Both the position numbers and the translations under genes were made by a program. The notes beneath the pieces are model-generated. The model did not search any database and was not told the DNA's origin. It worked only from the letters and a program-made list of their open reading frames with translations. From a virus (Duplodnaviria > Caudoviricetes), in IMG/VR virus record IMGVR_UViG_3300020375_000001, positions 64,001-128,000 of that record: DNA of 64,000 bases. One strand, written 5' to 3'. Positions 28,971-38,607 of this stretch are shown in pieces; within the stretch, counting starts at the first letter, position 1, and every line of letters begins with the position of its first letter.

Positions 28971-29960
28971 TTATAAAATCAAGTCAGTGTCTGCATCGAT
29001 TTGGTCGGTGCCCGACAATACTCTACGTGTATTAACGTTGCGCGATTCAGTAGCACGACTGTAATTGTCTACTTCTTCTTGGCGGTATTTGATTAAATCA
29101 GCAATACCATCTACCGAGATGATGTAGTGTAGTTCAGTCAGCCCATCTTCCAGACCATCCAAACGATAACCAATACAAGAGTATTCAGGCATCAGTTCAG
29201 GAGCCGGTGCATCTTTATCAACCAGTAGCGTCGCCACTGAGATAGGTGCGTCGATTTGCTTTGCTACTTCCACCGAATCACAAATCTCAAGTACTGACAG
29301 TTGAGCCGGTACTGAAGTTGAGTGATTATAGAAAGCCCAGTTACGGACATCACGTTGGTCAAGCTCATCGTTCTGCTGTGAACACAGAGCAGCCATGGCT
29401 TGGATTGTTGCATTACAAGTTGCGTCTACCTGACTACGTCGAGTAGTTGCACTGTTGTGGTGGTAACTGATGATAGTTGGTTTATCCAACGAGTCACCAA
29501 TAGCCGCCAGAGACTTCAGGGTGTTCAGACTGTTTAGTGCAGTGATAGATGACTCAGAAGAACCTACTGCAATAGCGATGGCAGGAATACCACGCTTCAA
29601 CAGTTCTTTAACCAGAAGAGGCCCTACTACAGAACCCGTACCGCCAGAGGTAGAGAAGACAACAATGTTGAAACCAGCAGGTGGTTGTTTCTGCAATGCC
29701 GCACGAATGTTTTCGTTAATTACCGCAGCGTTGTCACGGCGAACTTTACCCGAACCCTCACCTTCATCTGTAGCTAAGAAGAACGGAACGTCATTCTCTT
29801 TGTGCTCAGCGGTATAGTTAGACGTTGAGGAGTCAATCAGACCCACTTCAATGTCGGAGTAACCGCGACCAGATGATTTGTTGGCGAATGGGGATACGAT
29901 GTTGATACCGCAGCCACCACAACCGTAAAGACGGATAGTGCTTTTGTTAGAATCACTCAT
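28971..29960 (-). CDS. phuZ: PhuZ phage tubulin
   Basis: YGCGGCGINI, GEGSGKVR, STSGGTGS tubulin signature, NDELDQRD T7 loop; 329 aa. Confidence 0.95.
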   Translation of the reverse strand: MSDSNKSTIRLYGCGGCGINIVSPFANKSSGRGYSDIEVGLIDSSTSNYTAEHKENDVPFFLATDEGEGSGKVRRDNAAVINENIRAALQKQPPAGFNIVVFSTSGGTGSVVGPLLVKELLKRGIPAIAIAVGSSESSITALNSLNTLKSLAAIGDSLDKPTIISYHHNSATTRRSQVDATCNATIQAMAALCSQQNDELDQRDVRNWAFYNHSTSVPAQLSVLEICDSVEVAKQIDAPISVATLLVDKDAPAPELMPEYSCIGYRLDGLEDGLTELHYIISVDGIADLIKYRQEEVDNYSRATESRNVNTRRVLSGTDQIDADTDLIL

Positions 29961-29977
29961 AGTTGATTTCCTTCAGT

Positions 29978-30676
29978 TTACGTGTATTGGGAATAATCAA
30001 TGTTAACGTAGTTACCCTTTTTATCTACAGGATAGCGCATAACCGTGTTAACGTGAATTTGGTGACTGGCTCGTTTCTTGGCAGCTTCAATTTGCTGATA
30101 CCACCAATCACGAGGTCGTACAGTTACGTGGGCATTTCGACCATCAGGTAAGAATGTTACCGCCGGACCAAGATGAATTGTAACATGCAGTACCTTAGTT
30201 GTTAGATTAAACAGTTCATCTAAGAACCAAGGAATGTCTTGTGCTGGAATATGTTCTAACACATCCGTGCACACCACCATCTCCCCAGGGAAGGTAGGAT
30301 ACTCAGAGAGCTCCTCGATTCCAGGGTCGTACATTACAACGTAAGGACGGCCAAGGTAATCATAAACAGAGTCATGAACCGGACTCATTTTATTACCTTT
30401 GTCGTCTTTCTGCACAATCGTTTTGTCGATATATGGCTTTACGAAGAACGCATCGGGGTTACCACAACCAAAGTTAATAAGAGAACGGCAATCGTTCTTA
30501 TCCATTAACCGTTTAATAACAGGAGCTTCTTTACCATACTCCCCGTTAGCAAACATCTCTTTTGGAGCGCGTTTGGTTCCGTTGGCTAAAGACCCACCTT
30601 CAGTTGAGTAGAGCAGGCGATACTGCTCTGCGAGTGAGAGGTAGTCCTCGCTCGGATTTTGTTTTGTGTATTTCAT
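29978..30676 (-). CDS. Class I SAM-dependent methyltransferase
   Basis: LINFGCG motif I, YDPG, VVCTDVLEHIP, NAHVTVRPRDWW; type often found in glycan loci. Confidence 0.8.
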   Translation of the reverse strand: MKYTKQNPSEDYLSLAEQYRLLYSTEGGSLANGTKRAPKEMFANGEYGKEAPVIKRLMDKNDCRSLINFGCGNPDAFFVKPYIDKTIVQKDDKGNKMSPVHDSVYDYLGRPYVVMYDPGIEELSEYPTFPGEMVVCTDVLEHIPAQDIPWFLDELFNLTTKVLHVTIHLGPAVTFLPDGRNAHVTVRPRDWWYQQIEAAKKRASHQIHVNTVMRYPVDKKGNYVNIDYSQYT

Positions 30677-30704
30677 TTACCTAAACTCCGCCATGTGGCT
30701 AGAC

Positions 30705-30731
30705 ATAAATAACTATAGAAGTGTAAAAATT
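30705..30731 (-). promoter_or_regulatory. Putative middle-type promoter (TTTTTACAC-N13-TATG)
   Basis: Upstream of the methyltransferase-phuZ pair. Confidence 0.5.
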
Positions 30732-30769
30732 ATATCGTCAAAAGAAAGGGACTAAGTGCCCCTAACTTT

Positions 30770-31477
30770 TTACAATTTACTATAGCTGGTAAACTGCAGT
30801 TCAGGGAATTGCTTCTCTTCACTTGTGTCGGCCAGGTACGTATTTAACGCACGACGGTCATGCATCAACTTAGCAATCTTTCCATCGGTTGTTTTCTTTG
30901 GCAACAGCCTGTCTTCATCATTACTGATAAAGCGTTCTTCTAACAAGACGTCCAATAAGAACTCTTGTACTGCATTTAGATAACGTCGAGCTTTACGTTC
31001 ATCGTCAGAGACCAGTGGCTCAACCTGTAATTCCATCCACGCTACTTTAGAACTGGGTGGGGGATTAACAAGCATGAAACAACGAGTACGGTCACGATAG
31101 AATGCAAAGTCACCAATCTCAGCATCTTCTAAATGCTGTAGGTCGGATACGTCCTCTATAGGCCACTGTGAGACAGAGACAGGGATACCACCAGGGGTTA
31201 CACCATCTCCTACCCAGAAGCGTCTGTCATCAGTCGTAAAGAGCGGTTCACCAAGGTCAGGAACAAAGGTAGGACGTGCCTCATTAAGACCAACTCGCAT
31301 CCGTATAGGTATTACTTTAGCGGTCTTTTTCTCAAGGGGAAGCTGATTCAGAGGGGCTGGTAAGCTTTTCTTCTGAGATACATCCCCTTTCTTGTCGCCC
31401 TGTTTGATAGCAGCCCTCGGACTTACATTACGGCGCGACCTTTGTGGTTTGTTGTTTATTTCACCAGACATTTTCAA
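30770..31477 (-). CDS. Tail-fibre-associated protein with Mtd_N-like domain
   Basis: GEPLFTTDDRRFWVGDGVTPGG motif; basic disordered N-terminus; chaperone-like C-terminus. Confidence 0.6.
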   Translation of the reverse strand: MKMSGEINNKPQRSRRNVSPRAAIKQGDKKGDVSQKKSLPAPLNQLPLEKKTAKVIPIRMRVGLNEARPTFVPDLGEPLFTTDDRRFWVGDGVTPGGIPVSVSQWPIEDVSDLQHLEDAEIGDFAFYRDRTRCFMLVNPPPSSKVAWMELQVEPLVSDDERKARRYLNAVQEFLLDVLLEERFISNDEDRLLPKKTTDGKIAKLMHDRRALNTYLADTSEEKQFPELQFTSYSKL

Positions 31478-31503
31478 CTTCCTCTAATTAATTTGGAGTT
31501 AAC

Positions 31504-32319
31504 ATGGGTGCTATAGAAAAAGCAATTAGCGAGGTCCGTTTTGCTATTCCTTACGAAATACTAAACGAGACTTTTAAGATAGACACCGGTTATAGTGCCA
31601 CTCGCACTGCTGGTATTAAAACTTCTCTGGAGTCACGCATCCGAGAAGAAATCCTCGATAAGAAAGTCCTTGAGGATTGTAACCTCATGGGTGGCCATGA
31701 AGTTATTGTTCCTTTAGCGGGGCTTTCCTTACGGTACGCTCAGGACAGAACCTTTGTGGTTACAATTCCTAAGAGTCGTACTGAAGGACTCAGCATTACT
31801 TCCGTACTTAGTGTTGCCCAAGCACCTGATGGTTGGATGGGTAGCGTGTACACTAATGCAAACGCAATGAATAGCTTCTCCAATCGAATGGATGCTATCA
31901 TGCAAGGAAGTATTGGTGGCGGTAACATGGCTCGTATAGAGGCCCGAGTAAGACTCATCGGTGATAACGTGGTATACGTTAAAATGATTGATGAGACTAT
32001 GTCGGACTTGTTCTTACGTTGCCGTGTAGGGTCAGACGAAAACATGTCTCGTCTTCCTGCCGCCTATTGGTTGGACTTCTCCAAACTTGTCATCTTGGCT
32101 ACCAAGGCCCACATCTTCAGAGAACTTGCCATCCGGATGGATGAAGGTCAGCTGTCGGGCGGTCTTAATCTTGGTCGCTTTAAAGAGACGGTTGATGAGT
32201 ATGCTGATGCTCACCAAATGTACAATGAGTTCATCCATGATAGTTGGCCACGTATAGCGGCCTTGACTGATGAGGAACGACATAGTCGGGTAATCCAACA
32301 TCAATTTGGAAGACCATAA
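31504..32319 (+). CDS. Conserved phiKZ-like virion structural protein
   Basis: 271 aa, plus strand late-type orientation; resemblance recalled, not searched. Confidence 0.5.
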   Translation: MGAIEKAISEVRFAIPYEILNETFKIDTGYSATRTAGIKTSLESRIREEILDKKVLEDCNLMGGHEVIVPLAGLSLRYAQDRTFVVTIPKSRTEGLSITSVLSVAQAPDGWMGSVYTNANAMNSFSNRMDAIMQGSIGGGNMARIEARVRLIGDNVVYVKMIDETMSDLFLRCRVGSDENMSRLPAAYWLDFSKLVILATKAHIFRELAIRMDEGQLSGGLNLGRFKETVDEYADAHQMYNEFIHDSWPRIAALTDEERHSRVIQHQFGRP

Positions 32320-32517
32320 CTTGTCGCAGTGATATGGGAGTTCCTAAGGGGACTCCCTGTCTACATATGCCTTAAAACTGATTAGACATACATAAGGCCC
32401 TCTCCTCCTAGCGTCGGTTCGGCTAGGTTACTCGCTTTCGCTCGTAGAATCAATTCAACTCTCGTAGACAAGCTACTCGACTTTTTATATTCAAATCGTT
32501 AGAGACTTGAGTAAAAA

Positions 32518-32805
32518 TTATTTACTGAATTGATGCCAGAAGATTTTGAGCTTACCTATGAAGCACGCCTCGCGATAACGACTCAGAACGTACTCGTAAT
32601 GTTTACCCATCTGTGCCATTTCCAGCCCCAGTTGTTTCTTAGACAACTCGAGCATTCGTGGTTCTTTGAACTTGACTGCACAGCGGAGCTTGTACTCTAG
32701 CAGTAGCACCTGCTCGCCCAGTCGGTTCTCAGTTAGACGGTTAAACCTTTTGAATAAACTTCTGAGAGCAGAGGAGAGTTCCCTGTCGGATAATGCATTC
32801 GACAT
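32518..32805 (-). CDS. Hypothetical protein
   Basis: 95 aa, GAGGG SD. Confidence 0.55.
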   Translation of the reverse strand: MSNALSDRELSSALRSLFKRFNRLTENRLGEQVLLLEYKLRCAVKFKEPRMLELSKKQLGLEMAQMGKHYEYVLSRYREACFIGKLKIFWHQFSK

Positions 32806-32924
32806 GATAGTGAACCCTCGACTTTGTTATTCATAACAAAAGTTTAATTTTACATATACAGGTTATTTTAAGATAACGTGTGTAGGTTTTTTACACCTTA
32901 CTGAAAAAGAAATTGGAGATTGCA

Positions 32925-33278
32925 ATGAGTAATGCACAGCCTGTGGCTAACCAACCAATGACCCAAGAACAAATGGAACAAGCCTTACGCGAAATGCAGG
33001 CAACTGTACAGCAGCAAGCAGAAACCATCAATAAATTACAAGGCTCTATCCGTAACCTTGGTGGTAACCTGAAGTTCCTACGTGACTTGGTAAATGAATG
33101 TGTTCACTTAACTGAGCAAACGTCTGGTATTGTTGTTGAGCACGTAAGCACACTGGACAAACGTTTAGATAGCGTAGGTACCATCTTCACTGACAAAATC
33201 AAACGTCAGCTTAAAGAGCTTGATGAAAGCGTATTGGTGGATGCAGTAATTACGCAGGTAGATAAAGACGAGGAGTAA
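32925..33278 (+). CDS. Coiled-coil protein
   Basis: Heptad-rich; GGAG SD before ATG 32925; first gene of the GT operon. Confidence 0.65.
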   Translation: MSNAQPVANQPMTQEQMEQALREMQATVQQQAETINKLQGSIRNLGGNLKFLRDLVNECVHLTEQTSGIVVEHVSTLDKRLDSVGTIFTDKIKRQLKELDESVLVDAVITQVDKDEE

Positions 33279-33282
33279 GTCC

Positions 33283-34149
33283 ATGGGTCAGTTACTATAC
33301 GAGAAAACCGTTAAGTTCGATAGTAAGGCCGGTAAGCTTGCTCACTCTGGTTTCCTATCTCGTTCAGATGCAATCACTGAATCGAATAAGATATACAAGT
33401 ACTTGGAAAAGCGTTGTGCTGAACTGAGACGCAAATTGTCCTATGACCTTTCCTACAATGGTTTCCCCCGTGACTTGATTGTTACCGAAGCCTTTGGTGG
33501 GCATGGTTGTTTGGTTATTCACCCTGCCGACGATGACTTTACAATTAAATTGTTAAAAGGTTGCGGTAAAGGTGAACGCGACTTTGACTTCCTGAGCGTA
33601 AAGAAAGATAAGTACTCTCTGTTTGATGCAGAACATCCAGCGAAGAAAGTGGTTATCCTGCCGGGTACTAACTTACTGTGTCGTATGTCACCGAATGTTA
33701 TTAAAGGGATGAACAAGCCAGGGGTTTACTTTAAGCCTCACCCAATCACCACTGAGTTCTACATTCGTGAAATCGAATCGTTCGTTGGCCGTGATAAACT
33801 TATCCATAAGCTGGCCTCAGGTGCTAAGGTACTTGAAAATGCGGATGAGGTTTGGGTATCGCGTTCTACGGAACTTGGTCTGTACGCTAAGCTGGACGGT
33901 AAAAAGGTACACACGTACAAAATCAATTACCAGAACAAAGGTAGCTATTTTGGACTGTATGACCAGATTGACCGGTTAGAAGAAGTACTTTCAACTGCAC
34001 GCTCTGGCGTCATCTTCCCAACCGATGATTACGAAGCGCAAATTGACGAGTACCTCGCCTATTACGAAGAAAGTCTTGCTGGGTATAAGCCCAAGGCTAA
34101 GCCACGCGTAAACCAGAAGAACAAGCGTAAAAGAAAGAAGAGGAAGTAA
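33283..34149 (+). CDS. GT-B glycosyltransferase, KpsS/KpsC (Capsule_synth)-like, candidate CMP-Kdo-dependent transferase
   Basis: FKPHP (KxHP) and ADEVWVSRSTELGLYAKLDGKKV, matching the DxVxTxxSTxGxEAxxxGKxV pattern; K/R-rich tail. Confidence 0.65.
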   Translation: MGQLLYEKTVKFDSKAGKLAHSGFLSRSDAITESNKIYKYLEKRCAELRRKLSYDLSYNGFPRDLIVTEAFGGHGCLVIHPADDDFTIKLLKGCGKGERDFDFLSVKKDKYSLFDAEHPAKKVVILPGTNLLCRMSPNVIKGMNKPGVYFKPHPITTEFYIREIESFVGRDKLIHKLASGAKVLENADEVWVSRSTELGLYAKLDGKKVHTYKINYQNKGSYFGLYDQIDRLEEVLSTARSGVIFPTDDYEAQIDEYLAYYEESLAGYKPKAKPRVNQKNKRKRKKRK

Positions 34150-34152
34150 GTC

Positions 34153-35142
34153 GTGATAGTATTTACTTGTGTAGATAAAGAAAGTGAAGATGCTGCTGTT
34201 ATCTGGGCTGCCTCACTACAACAACAGTTGCTAAAGGGGACAGGTGGGGTTCGTACCTTCATCTTCCATACGGCAGATGTAGACGTATCGCGGTTTACTG
34301 ACTTCAGTGCGTTCTGTGTTTCTGTGGGTAATATGGAAGGGCAGAGTAAACAAGAGATGCTGATTCGTGTCTTGGACATGATGCACAGCCGTGGTTTTGA
34401 AGACCATGTCATGTATGCACACACTGATGTATTGTGGCAAGGGGATGTAGAAGAGATTCGCAACTGTCCTCTGGATTCAAAGTTGTGGCTGGCTGCCCGT
34501 AACGAACACGTGTACTTCGATTCAAAGCGTAATCAGAAGTTCTACCCAATGTACGATGAGGACTATCAGCGTAAAAGTACCATTGCGCCCATGGGTTACT
34601 TCAACAGTGACGTAATGATGTTGCTGATATCCGGTCTGTATCGCGCTGTGAAGCGTGCTGGCTACGCATCCTTAGAAGAACTCTATCTTGCTAAGAAAAT
34701 GTCTAAGGGCTGGTCTCCGACCGATACACTAAACTCTTTGATTACTGAGTACATCAACTTGTTTGACCGCTACAATGCCTTTACCGAAGAATATTTTGAG
34801 TTGGACTTCGGCGAGATGCTTAGTCGTCGTATGGAGATTAAGTTATCTAAACTGGTTAACTTTGTAGGGGTACACAAGCCTTGGCGTGAAACTTCGGACT
34901 TTGACCTTCCTGAGTTGGCCGGTGCTATGTATCCATTCCACCACTACTTACAAGCTTGCGATATTTACCGTACGTATATCACCAAAGATTTCTACGAACG
35001 AGTAAAAGCAAACGTACACCGTTACCGAATGATTGTTGATTGGGAACGGGACGTACTGGATGCTGCGCGACCGTTAAAGGAAAAATTGGAAAAGTTCGAT
35101 GATGACCTAAAGCAAATGATGCAGGACATCAAAGCAATCTAA
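34153..35142 (+). CDS. GT8-like (GT-A) glycosyltransferase, divergent
   Basis: YAHTDVLW (DxD position), YFNSDVMML, YNAF and FVGVHKPW motifs. Confidence 0.75.
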   Translation: MIVFTCVDKESEDAAVIWAASLQQQLLKGTGGVRTFIFHTADVDVSRFTDFSAFCVSVGNMEGQSKQEMLIRVLDMMHSRGFEDHVMYAHTDVLWQGDVEEIRNCPLDSKLWLAARNEHVYFDSKRNQKFYPMYDEDYQRKSTIAPMGYFNSDVMMLLISGLYRAVKRAGYASLEELYLAKKMSKGWSPTDTLNSLITEYINLFDRYNAFTEEYFELDFGEMLSRRMEIKLSKLVNFVGVHKPWRETSDFDLPELAGAMYPFHHYLQACDIYRTYITKDFYERVKANVHRYRMIVDWERDVLDAARPLKEKLEKFDDDLKQMMQDIKAI

Positions 35143-35157
35143 AAAAAAAAGATTGCC

Positions 35158-35200
35158 GACGGCATAATTAGTAGGGGCCATTGCCCCTACTTTATGCTGC
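35158..35200. terminator. Bidirectional terminator between the GT operon and a convergent gene
   Basis: GTAGGGG/CCCCTAC stem with TTATGC motif on both strands. Confidence 0.7.
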
Positions 35201-35201
35201 T

Positions 35202-36032
35202 TTAATATAAACCATGTTTCTGTAACGCTTCTTTGATGTCAAACATTAACCCATTTCTTACACCCCGCCAATAACTATCGGAGTAGGGCCAAACGTATTC
35301 TTTAGTTACTTCGGTGATTAGTTTATTCTCAACCTTAGATAACTTACCGTTTTGTTTGTTATCAATAACCATACGCGCCAATTCCAACAGCCTTGCATCG
35401 CTGATTTCTACATTGAACGGTGGCTTGTTATCAATCTGACCTTCAACAAGTTTATTTCTAAATAACTCAGCCACGCCATACACCGGTGCATTTTTACCAA
35501 CAACCGTAATTGGCCTTGCACCTTTAGGTGGGAATATAATGCAGGTCTCCGGATTACGTGGATTGGGCACGTATTGAACCGTGGCCTTAGGTGTCTTCAA
35601 TTTACAACCTTCCAATAGATTGCGAGATGACAGTGGTGGTATTTCCAGCATTTTAGTTAAGTTATAGACAGGGTCATAGTTTATCCGATAAATAGCAACA
35701 CGAGACCCTAACATAGGTATTGCAACAATGTCGCCTGTGACCAACTTTGGCATTTTACGAGTTAATGCGACATCAAACTTGGGAAGGTCTTCTTTCTTCA
35801 TAGAGAAAAGTTCTTCCAAATTAGAATCGGCCATTATCCCAAACAAGTCACCAGTTATGTTTTCTACATCAAAGCCAACAACGTGTATTTCAGTAAGTTT
35901 AGAAATGTCCTCTGCCCAACGACTAGGGTCATCGAGAATCTTATCCATTTCTAATATATCCACAGTAGTCTTACCCGACAACTTACTGCTATCATGGTTA
36001 TAGCCACCCTCTGTTAAGATTATAAGTTTCAT
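35202..36032 (-). CDS. Hypothetical protein
   Basis: 276 aa, AGGAAGGA SD. Confidence 0.7.
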   Translation of the reverse strand: MKLIILTEGGYNHDSSKLSGKTTVDILEMDKILDDPSRWAEDISKLTEIHVVGFDVENITGDLFGIMADSNLEELFSMKKEDLPKFDVALTRKMPKLVTGDIVAIPMLGSRVAIYRINYDPVYNLTKMLEIPPLSSRNLLEGCKLKTPKATVQYVPNPRNPETCIIFPPKGARPITVVGKNAPVYGVAELFRNKLVEGQIDNKPPFNVEISDARLLELARMVIDNKQNGKLSKVENKLITEVTKEYVWPYSDSYWRGVRNGLMFDIKEALQKHGLY

Positions 36033-36147
36033 TTGTTCCTTCCTGTTGTAGATAAATGAGGTATTATCCTCATTAATAATGTATGTATGTAATTTTATTG
36101 ATAGGGCATAAACAGGGGTTCCCTAGGGAACCCCTACCTATGTCGTT

Positions 36148-36690
36148 TTAACGATATTGTACTTCTACTTCATACCCTATAGCAATACGAAGATGCTCGA
36201 TAATTTTAGCATCCGGTGCTCCCTTCTTTATTTCCTTAGCAACTATGTACCAAGGAAGAGAACCTTTCATGTTACCAGATGTGGTAATCTTAGACAGCAC
36301 AGTTCCTCTCTCAATTTTATCCCTAATGAGAACTATAGCGGAACGGACGTGTAGTGGACTGTGGCGCATACCACCAAACGCCATGTGGGCAATGTGACTA
36401 ATGTCAGGACCAGTTATTTTATCAAGCCAAGGTACGATGGATAGCGCTGGTTTAGTATCTTCCGTTAAAAAACGGCTGCACTCTTTTTCTAAAGCTTCCT
36501 GCCACGATGCATTATGCACATCCGTAGGGTCACTCAACTTATCCAAACGAGGTAAAATATCCTCTGCAACATGGTTAAGGATTTCGGCATTGAAATTTTC
36601 TAACTGCATGTCCCACACTAGAGTAGCCAGTGTACTTTTAATGTTGGCAATAGCAACTGCTTCTAAGATTTTATCGGCATCGATAATCAT
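36148..36690 (-). CDS. Hypothetical protein
   Basis: 180 aa. Confidence 0.65.
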   Translation of the reverse strand: MIIDADKILEAVAIANIKSTLATLVWDMQLENFNAEILNHVAEDILPRLDKLSDPTDVHNASWQEALEKECSRFLTEDTKPALSIVPWLDKITGPDISHIAHMAFGGMRHSPLHVRSAIVLIRDKIERGTVLSKITTSGNMKGSLPWYIVAKEIKKGAPDAKIIEHLRIAIGYEVEVQYR

Positions 36691-36720
36691 TGTTCTTCTT
36701 ACCTTTTATTTAAGTATCAT

Positions 36721-37194
36721 TTAATCCAGATAACTGGCATAACGCAAAACTTCACTGTACCCATCGATAAACCCTTTGGTACCAAACGAAGTAGGGCCTA
36801 AGTGAACCACAGTCTTCGTTAGAAACTCATCGATGATGTACTTTGTCTCATTTTTATATTTAGGCCAGAGTTTAACGACATTGTCATCACACTCGCCTTC
36901 GTAAGTAATGATTCTACCATTAACATCCCAGACATTCGGGTATCTGTCGGTGTCTAATAGAGCACATACGTTTTTGTCGGAGTCTTCGTCACCGTTAACT
37001 ACAATAATCTCAACGCGCATTTCTTTGTCGTAAAACAAACGTATCGTGATACCATAGCCAGCCGGACTGACACGGGACGGAGATTCAAAGACCACATCTT
37101 TAACACGTTCCCACTTCTGTGGCTTCAAAGGGCCGGAAGAACCAGCAGCAAAGGAAAACAAAAGTAGTACGATAGTGAGTTGGAATTTAAACAT
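36721..37194 (-). CDS. Secreted or periplasmic hypothetical protein
   Basis: Signal peptide MFKFQLTIVLLLFSFAAG. Confidence 0.65.
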   Translation of the reverse strand: MFKFQLTIVLLLFSFAAGSSGPLKPQKWERVKDVVFESPSRVSPAGYGITIRLFYDKEMRVEIIVVNGDEDSDKNVCALLDTDRYPNVWDVNGRIITYEGECDDNVVKLWPKYKNETKYIIDEFLTKTVVHLGPTSFGTKGFIDGYSEVLRYASYLD

Positions 37195-37206
37195 ACACCG
37201 AGCCTT

Positions 37207-37656
37207 TTAGTTGGGTTGATAGAAATGTACAGTGATACCATCTTGGCATAAGTGACGTTCCACCAGGGGTAGAACATCATCTATAACCAAACCGCCAGCA
37301 CCGCACCCCAGGGGTGGGACATGTAGAGTTTTAATTGGGCTACGTGGTAAACAGCGACTAAACTTGTATAGCACATTGTCCACCCACTCTACCCTACTGC
37401 CGTGACGCCACTCATATTTAGTCGGAACTAACATAAGTCCATAGTCATCACGTAACAAGTAGAAGTCCAATGTGAGTAAGTTGAAGTTACCAGACTTACA
37501 ACGTTTCCGATAACTCTGATATACCAGTGGGAACCTTTCCTTACATTCTTTAGCAAGTCCAAGTCCCATTACTCCCTCACAATTCACAGGAATAAGGACA
37601 ATCCCGGTTTTAGTTTCCCAGATGTCTTTTCCTTTCTCTATAATGAGTTTACCCAC
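37207..37656 (-). CDS. Macrodomain ADP-ribosylhydrolase (DarG/TARG1-like)
   Basis: IPVNCEGVMGLGLAKECKERFP, PTKYEWR, PPLGCGAGGL motifs. Confidence 0.85.
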   Translation of the reverse strand: MGKLIIEKGKDIWETKTGIVLIPVNCEGVMGLGLAKECKERFPLVYQSYRKRCKSGNFNLLTLDFYLLRDDYGLMLVPTKYEWRHGSRVEWVDNVLYKFSRCLPRSPIKTLHVPPLGCGAGGLVIDDVLPLVERHLCQDGITVHFYQPN

Positions 37657-37674
37657 ACTGTCTCCATAGGTTAC

Positions 37675-38490
37675 TTACTCGGACGAACAAGTAACACGTA
37701 AAGCCCTTACCTTGGAGTTGCGTAGATTACTGGTAGTGGTAAATCCCTCGTGCTGTATAATAGCTGTGGTCCCTAAATACATCTCAGGACTGTTATACAT
37801 GTCACGTAAGTCGTGGCGTTCAATGCCTCGCTTTACTTCTACCGGTTGTCTAAACTCAGGAACCTTCACTAAGATGCCCCCAACTTCACCCCACCGTTTT
37901 GAATCAAGAAAGCCCACTACTTCCAAATGGTCTTCCTCAACTTTACTGAGTCGATAAACTTTCTTACCCACTCTAACTACCGCTGAGGTATAACCCCGGC
38001 CATAGATGTTTTTAAGCTGACGTTTAAAGTCGTTAGGTCCTGCTACCTTATTCCAGCGAAGCAGTTTCATTTTCTTAGATTCACCAGGAAGCCATTCCTC
38101 TAGCTCCATGTCATCCAGAGTCTGATAAACCAAATCGTCTTTTTTAAGTGGACAAAGCACAAACCCAGCTTGTGACGTCTTACCAAGTAAGGCATTCTTA
38201 GCCGTGATGCTTGCTTTCGTTGCACCGTCACGTGCTTGACTGTGCCAAAGAAATAAGTACTTGCCATATTGTAAGCGAGGTTCTAAGTCCTTCATTAACT
38301 TCAATACCGATGGGTAGCAACAAGAGTATTGTTCACCATCAATAGTAGCGGTTACACCGCTGAAGTTTTTAACAACATGAAGTAGAACCCCAGTTGTATA
38401 CGGTCTTACTACAACACCTTTAGCCAGAGCCGAATCCGTAATGTTGCCTAGTACCGTATGTTCCCGTTTAAATGAATTGTTCTTGCGCAT
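37675..38490 (-). CDS. ATP-dependent DNA ligase-like protein with degenerate catalytic motifs
   Basis: C-terminal ligase-type OB fold (VGGILV...MYLGTTAIIQHEGFTTTSNLRNSKV); KxDG replaced by YTTG. Confidence 0.6.
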   Translation of the reverse strand: MRKNNSFKREHTVLGNITDSALAKGVVVRPYTTGVLLHVVKNFSGVTATIDGEQYSCCYPSVLKLMKDLEPRLQYGKYLFLWHSQARDGATKASITAKNALLGKTSQAGFVLCPLKKDDLVYQTLDDMELEEWLPGESKKMKLLRWNKVAGPNDFKRQLKNIYGRGYTSAVVRVGKKVYRLSKVEEDHLEVVGFLDSKRWGEVGGILVKVPEFRQPVEVKRGIERHDLRDMYNSPEMYLGTTAIIQHEGFTTTSNLRNSKVRALRVTCSSE

Positions 38491-38607
38491 TTTATTGTCT
38501 CCATTTATCACGCGCTTGCAGAACCTTTATATATGAACTTTAGACAACCATAAGTTGGATGCCCCTACAAAGGTAAAGCGTCCCGAGTAAAAAACGTAGG
38601 TATTATA

